DNA from: Candidatus Dormiibacterota bacterium
GTDB taxonomy: Bacteria > Chloroflexota > Dormibacteria > Aeolococcales > Aeolococcaceae
NCBI GenBank assembly: GCA_963709585.1
Contig: CAVPXI010000005.1
Span: 96,001-160,000 of the forward strand
Direction: 5' to 3'
Length of the DNA stretch: 64,000 bases
Numbering within the stretch: position 1 is the stretch's first letter; every line of letters starts with the position of its first letter. Below the pieces are notes generated by a model. It saw only the letters and a program-made list of their open reading frames with translations, searched no databases and was not told where the DNA came from. Shown one piece after another: positions 53,421 to 61,555 of this stretch. The position numbers were made by a program, and so were the translations under genes.

Positions 53421-54947
53421 TCAGACAGGCGGAACAGGATGGTGCCGCGAGACGTCCGCCCGATCTCTCGACCGGTAAGCGGCGAAGCGGCGGACCAACT
53501 CCGCGCGCAGTTCGGCCGGAAGGACCACGGCGTCGACGACGAGTTCCGACGCGAGCCGGAAGATGTCGATGTCATCGCGGTACTCGTCCTCGAGTCGTTT
53601 GACGAAGGCGGCCCGATCGTCTTCCGGCGTGTCCTGGATCTTGTTGTAGTAGACGGCGTTGATCGCTGCCTCCGGGCCCATCACCGCGATCTGCGCGCTG
53701 GGCAGAGCGAGGGTGCAGTCGGGTTCGAACGCCGGTCCGCTCATGGCGTACAGCCCGGCGCCGTACGCCTTGCGCAGGATCACCGAGACGCGCGGCACCT
53801 GCGCCTGCGCAAGCGCGGCGATCATCTTGGCGCCATGCCGGATGATCCCCTGGCGCTCGACGGCGGTTCCGATCATGAACCCGGGGACATCGGCGAGAAA
53901 CAAGAGAGGGACGTTGAACGCGTCGCAGCACGTGATGAAGCGCGTCGCCTTGTCCGCGGAATCCACGAAGAGCACGCCGCCCTTGAAGCGAGGCTGAGAG
54001 GCGAGGACTCCAACCGAGCGACCGTCGATTCGGGCGAAGCCGCAGACGATCTCACGCGCAAACAGGCGCTTGATCTCGAAGAATGACCCCTCGTCGATGA
54101 CCCCGTCGATGAACGCCATGACGTCGTAGCCTTTCGACGCCTCGGCAGGAATCACGTTGCTGATGTCCTCGCTTCCCGGCGCAACGTCGAGGGATGGCGC
54201 GACCGGTGGTGCATCCCGCCAGGACTGCGGCAGATATTCGAGGTAGCGCCGCGCCGCCACGATGGCCGCGTCCTCGTCGGCGACCAGCACGTCGCCGCAG
54301 CCGCTCACCGTGCAGTGCATGCGCGCGCCGCCCATCTCCTCGAGCGTCACATTCTCGCCGACGACCACTTCGGCCATGCGCGGCGAGCCAAGGTACATCG
54401 AGGCATTGCCCTCCACCATGATCACGATGTCGCAGAACGCCGGGATGTAGGCGCCGCCCGCGGCGCTCGGCCCGAAGAGCACGCACACCTGCGGGACCTG
54501 ACCGGAAAGTCGAACCTGCATATGGAAGATGCGGCCCGCATGGCGTCGCCCTGGGAACATCGCCACCTGTTCGGTGATGCGCGCCCCCGCTGAGTCGACG
54601 AGGTACACGAGTGGAATCTGCAGTCGCTCTGCGGTCTCCTGAATGCGGATGATCTTCTCGACGGTGCGCGGACCCCACGATCCGGCTTTGACCGTCGGGT
54701 CGTTGGCCATCACCGCACACGCCCTGCCGTGCATCACGCCGATACCGGTGACGACCCCCTCAGCCGCCAGTTCCGGATTCTCCGTGCCCGCGAGGAGCCC
54801 ATCCTCGATGAACTCCGCACCCAGGTCGAAGACACGCGCGATCCGTTCGCGGGGCATCAACTTGTTCTGGGTCGCCAGTTTGTCTCGATGCCGTTGCGGG
54901 CCACCGGCTCGCGCTCGTTCCAGCCGCTCGGGGACAGCCTCAGCCAA
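53421..54947 (-). CDS. Acyl-CoA carboxylase carboxyltransferase subunit (methylcrotonyl-CoA carboxylase beta-like)
   Basis: DPTVKAGSWG, DSAGAR, GGAYIP, DVPGFMIG, KAYGAG; TTG start with a GGAG RBS. Confidence 0.9.
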   Translation of the reverse strand: MAEAVPERLERARAGGPQRHRDKLATQNKLMPRERIARVFDLGAEFIEDGLLAGTENPELAAEGVVTGIGVMHGRACAVMANDPTVKAGSWGPRTVEKIIRIQETAERLQIPLVYLVDSAGARITEQVAMFPGRRHAGRIFHMQVRLSGQVPQVCVLFGPSAAGGAYIPAFCDIVIMVEGNASMYLGSPRMAEVVVGENVTLEEMGGARMHCTVSGCGDVLVADEDAAIVAARRYLEYLPQSWRDAPPVAPSLDVAPGSEDISNVIPAEASKGYDVMAFIDGVIDEGSFFEIKRLFAREIVCGFARIDGRSVGVLASQPRFKGGVLFVDSADKATRFITCCDAFNVPLLFLADVPGFMIGTAVERQGIIRHGAKMIAALAQAQVPRVSVILRKAYGAGLYAMSGPAFEPDCTLALPSAQIAVMGPEAAINAVYYNKIQDTPEDDRAAFVKRLEDEYRDDIDIFRLASELVVDAVVLPAELRAELVRRFAAYRSRDRADVSRHHPVPPV

Positions 54948-55866
54948 CGCTCGTCTCCGCGACCGTCTCCTGGGGCTCGCCACTCCAGATTCCCGCGCGG
55001 TAGAGCTTGCCCGGAAGGTCGCGGCGGAGATCGGACGCGAGCATCTCCGCCACCGCGCACATCGCGGCGAGGTCGATGCCGGTCACGGCTCCGAGTGCAT
55101 GCAGCGCCTGCAGCGCGTCCTCGGTGCAGACGTTGCCGGTCGAGCGCGGCGCGAAGGGGCAACCACCGACACCACCAACCGAACCGTCGAAACGGCGAAC
55201 CCCGGAGTCGAATGCGGCGATCACGTTGGCAACGCCGAGCCCGCGCGTGTCGTGCACGTGCAGCGACAGCCGGTCGATCGGCACGGACATGGCTGCGAGC
55301 GCGCACATCGCGGTGACATCGACAGGAGTTGCCACGCCGATCGTGTCGGCGACACCCACCTCCGCGGCACCGCGCGCAACCAGATCCGCGCACAACTCGA
55401 CGACCCGCGCCGGCGCGACCCTTCCCTCGAATGGACAGCCGAAACTCACCGAAACGGCGACGTCGACGATGCAGGCGCGCTCGCCGGCGAGCTCGACGAT
55501 GTGCGAGATCTCGTCGAGCGACTCGTTCACACTGCGATTGACGTTGCGCCGATTGAACGAGTTGGTCGCGGCGATGGTGACGAGCACATTTCGCACCCCG
55601 TGCGCGAGCGCAAGCTCGAGGCCGCGGAGGTTGGGGATAAGCACGCGCAGCCGCGCAAGCTCACCCTGCAGTCCGGCGATCACCGCGGGTGCATCCGCCA
55701 GTTGCGGGACCCAGCTCGGCGAAACGAACGACGTTGCCTCGACACGCGGCACACCTGCATCGAGCAGCCCGCGAACCAGCCGGATCTTCGCTTCGGTGCT
55801 CAGGGTGTCGGCGATGTTCTGGAGGCCGTCACGAGGAGCGACGTCGGTCCAGAGCACCTCGTTCAC
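54940..55866 (-). CDS. Hydroxymethylglutaryl-CoA lyase
   Basis: PRDGLQN, FGCPFEG, ADTIG, HVHDTRG, GGCPFAP, GNVCTED. Confidence 0.93.
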   Translation of the reverse strand: MNEVLWTDVAPRDGLQNIADTLSTEAKIRLVRGLLDAGVPRVEATSFVSPSWVPQLADAPAVIAGLQGELARLRVLIPNLRGLELALAHGVRNVLVTIAATNSFNRRNVNRSVNESLDEISHIVELAGERACIVDVAVSVSFGCPFEGRVAPARVVELCADLVARGAAEVGVADTIGVATPVDVTAMCALAAMSVPIDRLSLHVHDTRGLGVANVIAAFDSGVRRFDGSVGGVGGCPFAPRSTGNVCTEDALQALHALGAVTGIDLAAMCAVAEMLASDLRRDLPGKLYRAGIWSGEPQETVAETSVG

Positions 55867-55940
55867 GCGGTATGGCCTCCCAGGGATGAGCGCTGCCCCT
55901 TCACCGTAGCAAACCCGAGGGCTACACTCTCGCCAAGCCG

Positions 55941-56618
55941 ATGCCGCGGTTCCGCGTTCCCGACTACATCCGAACCACCTTCGCGGTCAGCGATTGGCGC
56001 GCTTTCCGCCTGTGCGGCATGGACGAGGTCGGTCGCGGCGCGTATGCCGGCCCGCTGGTTGCCGCCGCGGTGGTGCTGCCACAGCGCTTCCGTCACCCGT
56101 TGCTCCGCGACAGCAAGTTGCTGACCGCAAAGCAGCGCGAGCTGGTTGGAGCGGTGCTTCGGGAGCGGGCGGTGGCCTGGGCGGTCGCCGAGGTGAGCGT
56201 GGACGACATCAACGCGCGCGGTCTCGGGTGGGCGAACGTCGAGATCTTCCGGAGGCTGGTCGACGCCGTCGACGCCGACGGGTACTGCTGTGACGGCAAC
56301 CTGCGCATCCCGGTGTCGCGTCCGCTTCACTCACTGGTCGCCGGCGACCGCAAGGTGCCGGCGGTCTCGGCTGCGTCGATCATCGCCAAGGTCCATCGCG
56401 ACGCGCTGATGACCCGCATGCACGACGACGCGCCTCACTACAACTGGGCGAGCAACAAGGGGTATGGCGCCCCCGAGCACCGAGCGGCAATCCGAGAATA
56501 CGGTCCACACCCAGCGCACCGGCGCGTCTTCCTCGCGTCAGTCATGCAGACCGAGCTCGACCTGACGGGAGCCGTTGCTCAGTGCGCCGTCTCAGCCCCC
56601 GGAGTGGGAGCCGGCTGA
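55941..56618 (+). CDS. rnhB: Ribonuclease HII
   Basis: GMDEVGRG, RDSK, DG, AASIIAKVHRD, NKGY. Confidence 0.93.
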   Translation: MPRFRVPDYIRTTFAVSDWRAFRLCGMDEVGRGAYAGPLVAAAVVLPQRFRHPLLRDSKLLTAKQRELVGAVLRERAVAWAVAEVSVDDINARGLGWANVEIFRRLVDAVDADGYCCDGNLRIPVSRPLHSLVAGDRKVPAVSAASIIAKVHRDALMTRMHDDAPHYNWASNKGYGAPEHRAAIREYGPHPAHRRVFLASVMQTELDLTGAVAQCAVSAPGVGAG

Positions 56619-56625
56619 CCCTCGG

Positions 56626-56853
56626 TCAGTTGGCGCCGCAGCCGCAGCTGCCGCCGCAGCAACCGCCACCGCCGCTCACCCCGGGGGAATCGTCCGACCC
56701 GGAGCCGGCGTGGACCGCCACCCGGCTGATGAGCGGCATGCTGGCCCGGCTCTCGCAGCTCGGACAGACGGCGGCGACTTCACGATCGGCCATCGGGCGG
56801 AGCAGCTCGAACACGGCCGAGCAGTCGTTGCAGCGGTATTCGTACAGAGGCAT
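56626..56853 (-). CDS. FmdB family zinc-ribbon protein
   Basis: MPLYEYRCNDC..FE...CPSC...GGCCGGSCGC. Confidence 0.9.
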   Translation of the reverse strand: MPLYEYRCNDCSAVFELLRPMADREVAAVCPSCESRASMPLISRVAVHAGSGSDDSPGVSGGGGCCGGSCGCGAN

Positions 56854-56883
56854 TGGCACAAGCGTACGCACGATCACGACGAT

Positions 56884-56913
56884 TTGACAAGTCGAACATC
56901 CGTTCGGTACACT
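56884..56913 (+). promoter_or_regulatory. Sigma70 promoter with a LexA (Cheo-type SOS) box in the spacer
   Basis: TTGACA 56884-56889, CGAACATCCGTTCG 56893-56906, TACACT 56908-56913, ATG 6 nt further on. Confidence 0.85.
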
Positions 56914-56919
56914 CGACCC

Positions 56920-57234
56920 ATGCCCATCCGCACCATCGAGCTTCAACTCCCGCTCGACGCCGATGAGGCCGGATCGCTCGCTCGGCGTCGCGTCACCCAT
57001 CTCGCGACGGTCGACGGGCTCGATCCGGCCGCCTTCGTCAAGTTGATCCGATTCTTTCCGTCACTGCGGGCAATCTACGGCGCATCCGAGGCTGAGCTGG
57101 CCCGGCTCGTCGGGCCTGTGGCAGCCGCACGCATCAGATGGTTTCTCGACGCACCGCTGGACACGGCGCTTGCTCGCGAGGCCTCACCGATCAACCTTCG
57201 AGACATCGCGCCCCCGCTTTCCTCCGCCGCCTGA
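56920..57234 (+). CDS. Stand-alone tandem helix-hairpin-helix protein (UvrC/XPF C-terminal-like), 104 aa
   Basis: LATVDGLDP...KLIRFFPSLRAIYGASEAELARLVGPVAAARIRWFL; clear leaderless promoter. Confidence 0.75.
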   Translation: MPIRTIELQLPLDADEAGSLARRRVTHLATVDGLDPAAFVKLIRFFPSLRAIYGASEAELARLVGPVAAARIRWFLDAPLDTALAREASPINLRDIAPPLSSAA

Positions 57235-57356
57235 CCTGTCACCGGCCCTGCGTATACGGAGCGTTGAACAGTGCAGGCGACGTAGAATCAATCTTTTGGT
57301 GCCATATCAATCGCTTGGCGCCATACGTCGCAGGTGAGAACGGAGGTTGTTGCAGC

Positions 57357-57981
57357 ATGCGGAGTCGACGTTCGAGAGCCGCCCTGCTTGACCGCGGTCG
57401 CGCGGCAGATACGATCAGTGATCTTGCCGATCACGCGGTGACACTGGCGCGCGGTGCAGGGAGCGCGGCGCTTCCGACTGTGCAGCGCGGCGCGGAAGGA
57501 TTGAGCCAGGTCCTCCAGACGGCGGCCGGTACCCTGGCGGATACCGCCGGGCAGATCGCCTCAGACGAGAAGGTCGTCGCGGCGAGCAACGCCGCTCGTG
57601 AACGGATCGCAGACGTGTCAGGCAAGCTGAGCAGCGCCGTCCGCCCGAAGAAGAAGACACATCGCGTGCGCAATCTCCTGATCGGAGCGGCCGTGGTCGG
57701 CGGAGTGTTCGCGCTCATCCAGTCGCCGCTCCGCGCCAAGATCCAGGAGCGCCTCTTCGGCCCGCCGCCATCCGATGATGACGATCTTCCGCAGATCACC
57801 CTGCCCGACGATGATCCTCATGTCGAGATCACCGATCTGACCAAGGCATCGAAGTCCGAGGCCGACGCGGCAACCGACGTCGTCGGTACCCCGGTGGTCG
57901 CCGAGTTCGACGTCGCGCGCCGGACGAGGCCACGGTCACAACCACGACGAACCCACCGACAACCAGGAGACCAATGCCTGA
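57357..57981 (+). CDS. Hypothetical single-TM protein; frameshift near 57903-57908
   Basis: GGAGG RBS, Ala-rich helices, KKKTHR followed by a TM segment. Removing one base gives a stop that overlaps the next ATG. Confidence 0.6.
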
Positions 57982-58591
57982 CGACCGCCCCTATCAGGGT
58001 CGTCCATCTTCGGACCGTCCCTCGTTCTCCGGCCCCCGGCAGTTCTCGGGCCCTCGACCCAATTTCAACAACAACGATTCCCGCCCGCCCTACCGACCGG
58101 CGCCGCGGGTCGAGGTTCCAGCCGCGCCGATCGCCCACTCGCTGCGGCTTCGCGACGGTGAGCGCGAGATCGAAGTGAGTGGATCAGCGGCGTTCGTCCG
58201 CCAGGTCCTCGACGACCTTCCCGCGATGTGGACGCGCCTGCACGGCGAAGGGTCGACGCGGCCCGCTCGGATCGACCTCCCCGCACGCAGTGAGGCCCCC
58301 GCTCCTGCGCCGGCAGAGCATCGCAATCACGTGCCCGAGAGTGCGCCCGAGCCGGCGAGGACGGCGGTGTCCGCTGCCCCTTCAAACGGCAAGCACACGG
58401 CAACTCGCAGCACCCCGGATGACAAGGTGCTGGCGGTCCTCAAGGACTCGACGCGGCCCCTCGCCGTCGCCGCCATCCGGAAGCGTCTCGGTGGCAGCTT
58501 CACGCCCCAGCAGGTCCGCCGCATCCTCGAGCGGAACGCGCCGAAGGTGTCGGTCACGGACGAGCGGCCGGCCACCTACCGTCTGCGCTGA
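57974..58591 (+). CDS. Hypothetical protein with probable C-terminal winged-helix domain
   Basis: AGGAG RBS; REIEVSGSAAFV domain; DKVLAVLKDSTRPLAVAAIRKRLG...QQVRRILE...TYRL. Confidence 0.65.
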   Translation: MPDDRPYQGRPSSDRPSFSGPRQFSGPRPNFNNNDSRPPYRPAPRVEVPAAPIAHSLRLRDGEREIEVSGSAAFVRQVLDDLPAMWTRLHGEGSTRPARIDLPARSEAPAPAPAEHRNHVPESAPEPARTAVSAAPSNGKHTATRSTPDDKVLAVLKDSTRPLAVAAIRKRLGGSFTPQQVRRILERNAPKVSVTDERPATYRLR

Positions 58592-58679
58592 CGTCGCAGC
58601 GGCCTGAGCCGGTACGCTTCAGGCCCGGGCTCGAGGTTTCCTGCCGTGCTCATAATTGAGCGGGCAGGGAACTGAAATC

Positions 58680-59147
58680 ATGCGCTGTCCACTCCGCGTC
58701 CTCATGATCGTGCTGCTCGTCTGCATGACCGCCTGCGGATCGGCTGCGGCCGACGGAGGCCCGACCGGCTCGGGCAGCCCGGCGCCCACTCCATACCCCA
58801 CCCCGGTCGGCGGCCTCGGCCACCGTCCATCGACGCCGGTGAGGATCACCCTGCTCGCCCCCACAAATCGGGAGGTCGTCCGTGGCACCACGCTGGTCGT
58901 CAAGGTGTCGGTCACCGGCGGGGTGGTGACCACGGTGACCACCGGCGACATCACCCCCACCAAGGGTCACGTCCACCTCTACCTGAACAACCAGCTCATC
59001 CTCATGAGCTACACCCTGTCGCAGCCGATCACCGTCAAGCCCGGCCTCGAGTACTCGATGTACGCGGAGTTCGTCGCCCAGGACCACTTCCCGTTCGAAC
59101 CCCGGGATGTCACCCCGACGATCTTCTTCACCGTCGCGCCGGGCTGA
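58680..59147 (+). CDS. Lipoprotein with Ig-like domain and GHxH / DH motifs
   Basis: Lipobox MTAC; ITLLAP; KGHVHLYLNN; AEFVAQDHFPF. Confidence 0.75.
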   Translation: MRCPLRVLMIVLLVCMTACGSAAADGGPTGSGSPAPTPYPTPVGGLGHRPSTPVRITLLAPTNREVVRGTTLVVKVSVTGGVVTTVTTGDITPTKGHVHLYLNNQLILMSYTLSQPITVKPGLEYSMYAEFVAQDHFPFEPRDVTPTIFFTVAPG

Positions 59148-59159
59148 CCGAGAGCGGCG

Positions 59160-59675
59160 TTGATCGCGCACATCGTCGGCAGCCTCCCGCTGCCGCTGCA
59201 ATGGGCGCTGGCGCTGCTGATCTTCGGTGGCGGCCTCCTGGTCTTCGCGGTGCGGCGGAGCGCGCTCCGGATCGCCGGAGGCGCGGCCGCCGTCTGTGGC
59301 GCCGGCGGCCTGCTCGCAAGCTGGGTGCTCAGCCCCGCGCTGCTGGCGGCGGCACCGTACGCTGTGCGCATCGTGTCGCCCGCACCCGGAGCCGAAGTCG
59401 GCGCGCCGCTGACGCTCACGGTGTGCGGAGTGCCGGCGTCCGGCGGGCTGGTTCCGGCCACGTCCGCCCAGTACTACCTCGCGATCATCGTCGACGGCGT
59501 CCAGGCGCCGACCGTGGATGTCTGGCACGTCCCCGTCGAACTCTCCTCCGGGCGGCACACCGTCGAGGTGGAGCTCGTATCGCCCAACCATCAGGCGTTC
59601 AATCCACCGGCGACCTTCAAGGAGACCATCACCGTGGTTGCGGGCGCGGCTGCCGCCGGACCGGGTTCCTGTTGA
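59160..59675 (+). CDS. 2-TM membrane protein with a related Ig-like domain
   Basis: VRIVSPAPGAEV...IIVDG...GRHTVEVELVSPNHQAFNPP. Confidence 0.7.
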   Translation: MIAHIVGSLPLPLQWALALLIFGGGLLVFAVRRSALRIAGGAAAVCGAGGLLASWVLSPALLAAAPYAVRIVSPAPGAEVGAPLTLTVCGVPASGGLVPATSAQYYLAIIVDGVQAPTVDVWHVPVELSSGRHTVEVELVSPNHQAFNPPATFKETITVVAGAAAAGPGSC

Positions 59676-60373
59676 CGGACGACCGCCACGCGCACATCCT
59701 CGTCGTCGAAGACGACACGGCGCTGCGCGAGATCCTCGCCGGCGCCCTCAACGCGGCCGGGTATGAGACATCCCTCGCCGCCCACGGCATCACTGCGTCG
59801 CAGATGCTCCGCGACGCCGGCACGATCGACATCGTCCTGCTCGATATCGGCCTTCCCTTCGTCGACGGCTGGCAGATCCTCGAACAGATGGACAGTCACC
59901 AGCGCCCCGCGGTCATCGTGATCAGCGCTCGAGGCGAGGAGACCGACAAAGTTCGCGCCCTCGACCTCGGAGCGGACGACTACCTTGCCAAGCCCTTCGG
60001 GGCGGACGAATTGCTCGCCCGGGTACGCGCTGTGCTGCGCAGGGTCAGACCGCCAGACAGCGCTGGGGGCATCGTCGTCCAGGGCAGTGTCCGCATCGAC
60101 CTCGGCGCGCGCTCGGTAACCCGCGGCGGCTTGGAGGTGCGACTTTCCCCAACCGAGTGGCGGCTGCTCGCAGAGCTGGCCCGCAACGCAGGGGCCACGA
60201 TCGACCACCGCACGCTGCTCCAGCACGTCTGGGGACCGCAGCACGCGGACGAGTTGAACTACCTCCGCACATTCGCGCAGCGCCTCCGGGTCAAGCTCGA
60301 GGAGGATCCGGCGCACCCCGAGATCGTGGTGACGGTTGGACGCCAGGGGTACCGATTCGGGCCACCTCGTTGA
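59672..60373 (+). CDS. kdpE: OmpR/PhoB-family response regulator, KdpE-like
   Basis: ILVVEDD, LLDIGLP, ALDLGADDYLAKPF, LRVKLEEDPAHP; TTG overlaps the upstream stop; adjacent to the kdp genes. Confidence 0.8.
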   Translation: MTDDRHAHILVVEDDTALREILAGALNAAGYETSLAAHGITASQMLRDAGTIDIVLLDIGLPFVDGWQILEQMDSHQRPAVIVISARGEETDKVRALDLGADDYLAKPFGADELLARVRAVLRRVRPPDSAGGIVVQGSVRIDLGARSVTRGGLEVRLSPTEWRLLAELARNAGATIDHRTLLQHVWGPQHADELNYLRTFAQRLRVKLEEDPAHPEIVVTVGRQGYRFGPPR

Positions 60374-60398
60374 TGCTCCGTTGACGGCGTCATTGAGA
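60370..60398 (+). promoter_or_regulatory. TTGA direct repeats (TTGATG, TTGACG, TTGAGA), candidate response-regulator site
   Basis: Repeats start at 60370, 60381 and 60393. Confidence 0.45.
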
Positions 60399-60485
60399 TC
60401 ATGGCGTGCGATGGCGTCGAATCTGTCCAGCGGAGCTTGAAGTGCGGTTGTCGAACGGCCGTATAGAGGCGGCATCGAGCCCCTC

Positions 60486-61298
60486 GTGGTGACGATGCGC
60501 CCGAGCGCGACGCCCTCCAACCGCAGCGGTCCCCGCCGGGCGATTGCCGCCACGATCCTGTCGGCGGCGGTGCTCGTCGCTGCGGTCGCTGTGCCCGTCG
60601 CACTCGCACTCGCACTCCTCCCGTTCCGCAGCCAGGCGCCCGCCGCCACCGTTGCGCTCGGCTTTGCCGTCCTCGTGTCGTTGCTTGCGGCCGCCGGGAC
60701 GCGTCTCTCAGGACTTATCGCTGCTGTGTCAGCGGCCCTCTGCTACGACATCGGCTTCACCCAGCCGTATGGATCACTGGTGATCTCGCATCCGCAGGAC
60801 ATCGAGACGACAGCTCTCCTGCTCGTCGGTGGCCTCATCGTCAGCCAGCTCTCGGCGCGAAATCGCTCACACCGAAGACTCGCCGTGCAGCAGCGCGAGG
60901 ACCTTGCGCACGTCCAGGCAATCGCGGAGCTGATGGCTGCCGGCGCCGGACCGGACGAGGTTGTCGTAGCCGTCGCCGACGAGCTGCGCAGCCTGCTCGG
61001 TTTGCGCGAGTGCTGGTTCGACACGTCGCTACCGGAGCGACCAGGTCCAACCATCGACCGGAACGGCAACGTGAGCTGGGGGCGGATCTGGTGGGGCGTT
61101 GACACGCTCGGACTCCCCGGCAAGGAGATCACAATCGAGGTCGAGCACGATGTGCGACGCCTCGGCCGTTACGTGCTGGTTGCCGAGGCCGGCACCAAGG
61201 TGCGGCGCGATCAACTTCTGGCCGCTGTCACCCTGGCCGACCAGGCCGGAGCGGCGCTGGGAGCCGGTGCTTCATCTGTGGCCCTCGCGCATCGCTGA
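60486..61298 (+). CDS. KdpD-like membrane sensor fragment (DUF4118 4-TM plus GAF-like domain), no kinase domain
   Basis: ALCYDIGFTQPYGSLVISHPQD (KdpD FFxxPxxTxxI-like motif); ends at AVTLADQAGAAL with no HisKA or HATPase. Confidence 0.75.
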   Translation: MVTMRPSATPSNRSGPRRAIAATILSAAVLVAAVAVPVALALALLPFRSQAPAATVALGFAVLVSLLAAAGTRLSGLIAAVSAALCYDIGFTQPYGSLVISHPQDIETTALLLVGGLIVSQLSARNRSHRRLAVQQREDLAHVQAIAELMAAGAGPDEVVVAVADELRSLLGLRECWFDTSLPERPGPTIDRNGNVSWGRIWWGVDTLGLPGKEITIEVEHDVRRLGRYVLVAEAGTKVRRDQLLAAVTLADQAGAALGAGASSVALAHR

Positions 61299-61316
61299 GT
61301 TGGTTCAACGAATTCA

Positions 61317-61344
61317 TTGACGGGTTGTTGACGCTGCGTTGACG
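61317..61344 (+). promoter_or_regulatory. Three TTGACG direct repeats with 11-bp period upstream of the kdp operon
   Basis: TTGACG at 61317, 61328 and 61339. Confidence 0.65.
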
Positions 61345-61368
61345 CAACCGATTGAATACTTGTATCCC

Positions 61369-61455
61369 ATGCCACTCGATCTGCTCGTCCTTCTGTGCTT
61401 CATCGGGATGATCGTCGCGGCATATCTGTTCACGGACGGTATGCGGAGGATCTGA
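61369..61455 (+). CDS. 28-aa hydrophobic peptide upstream of kdpF
   Basis: MPLDLLVLLCFIGMIVAAYLFTDGMRRI; its 3' end supplies the GGAGG RBS for kdpF. Below the ORF-track cutoff. Confidence 0.65.
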   Translation: MPLDLLVLLCFIGMIVAAYLFTDGMRRI

Positions 61456-61456
61456 C

Positions 61457-61555
61457 GTGGCGTCCGCCCTCACCGGCTACATCGTCTCCGCCGTCATCGC
61501 ATTGCTGGCAGCGATCTACCTGGTTATCGCGCTCGTCGCGCCGGAACGTTTCTGA
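61457..61555 (+). CDS. kdpF: K+-transporting ATPase subunit F
   Basis: MASALTGYIVSAVIALLAAIYLVIALVAPERF; YLxxALxxPERF signature; stop overlaps the kdpA ATG. Confidence 0.9.
   Translation: MASALTGYIVSAVIALLAAIYLVIALVAPERF

Noticed and set aside
59201-59671. N-terminal extension on the response regulator (390-aa ORF)
   Set aside because: It overlaps the real 59160..59675 gene; the receiver domain begins at TTG 59672.
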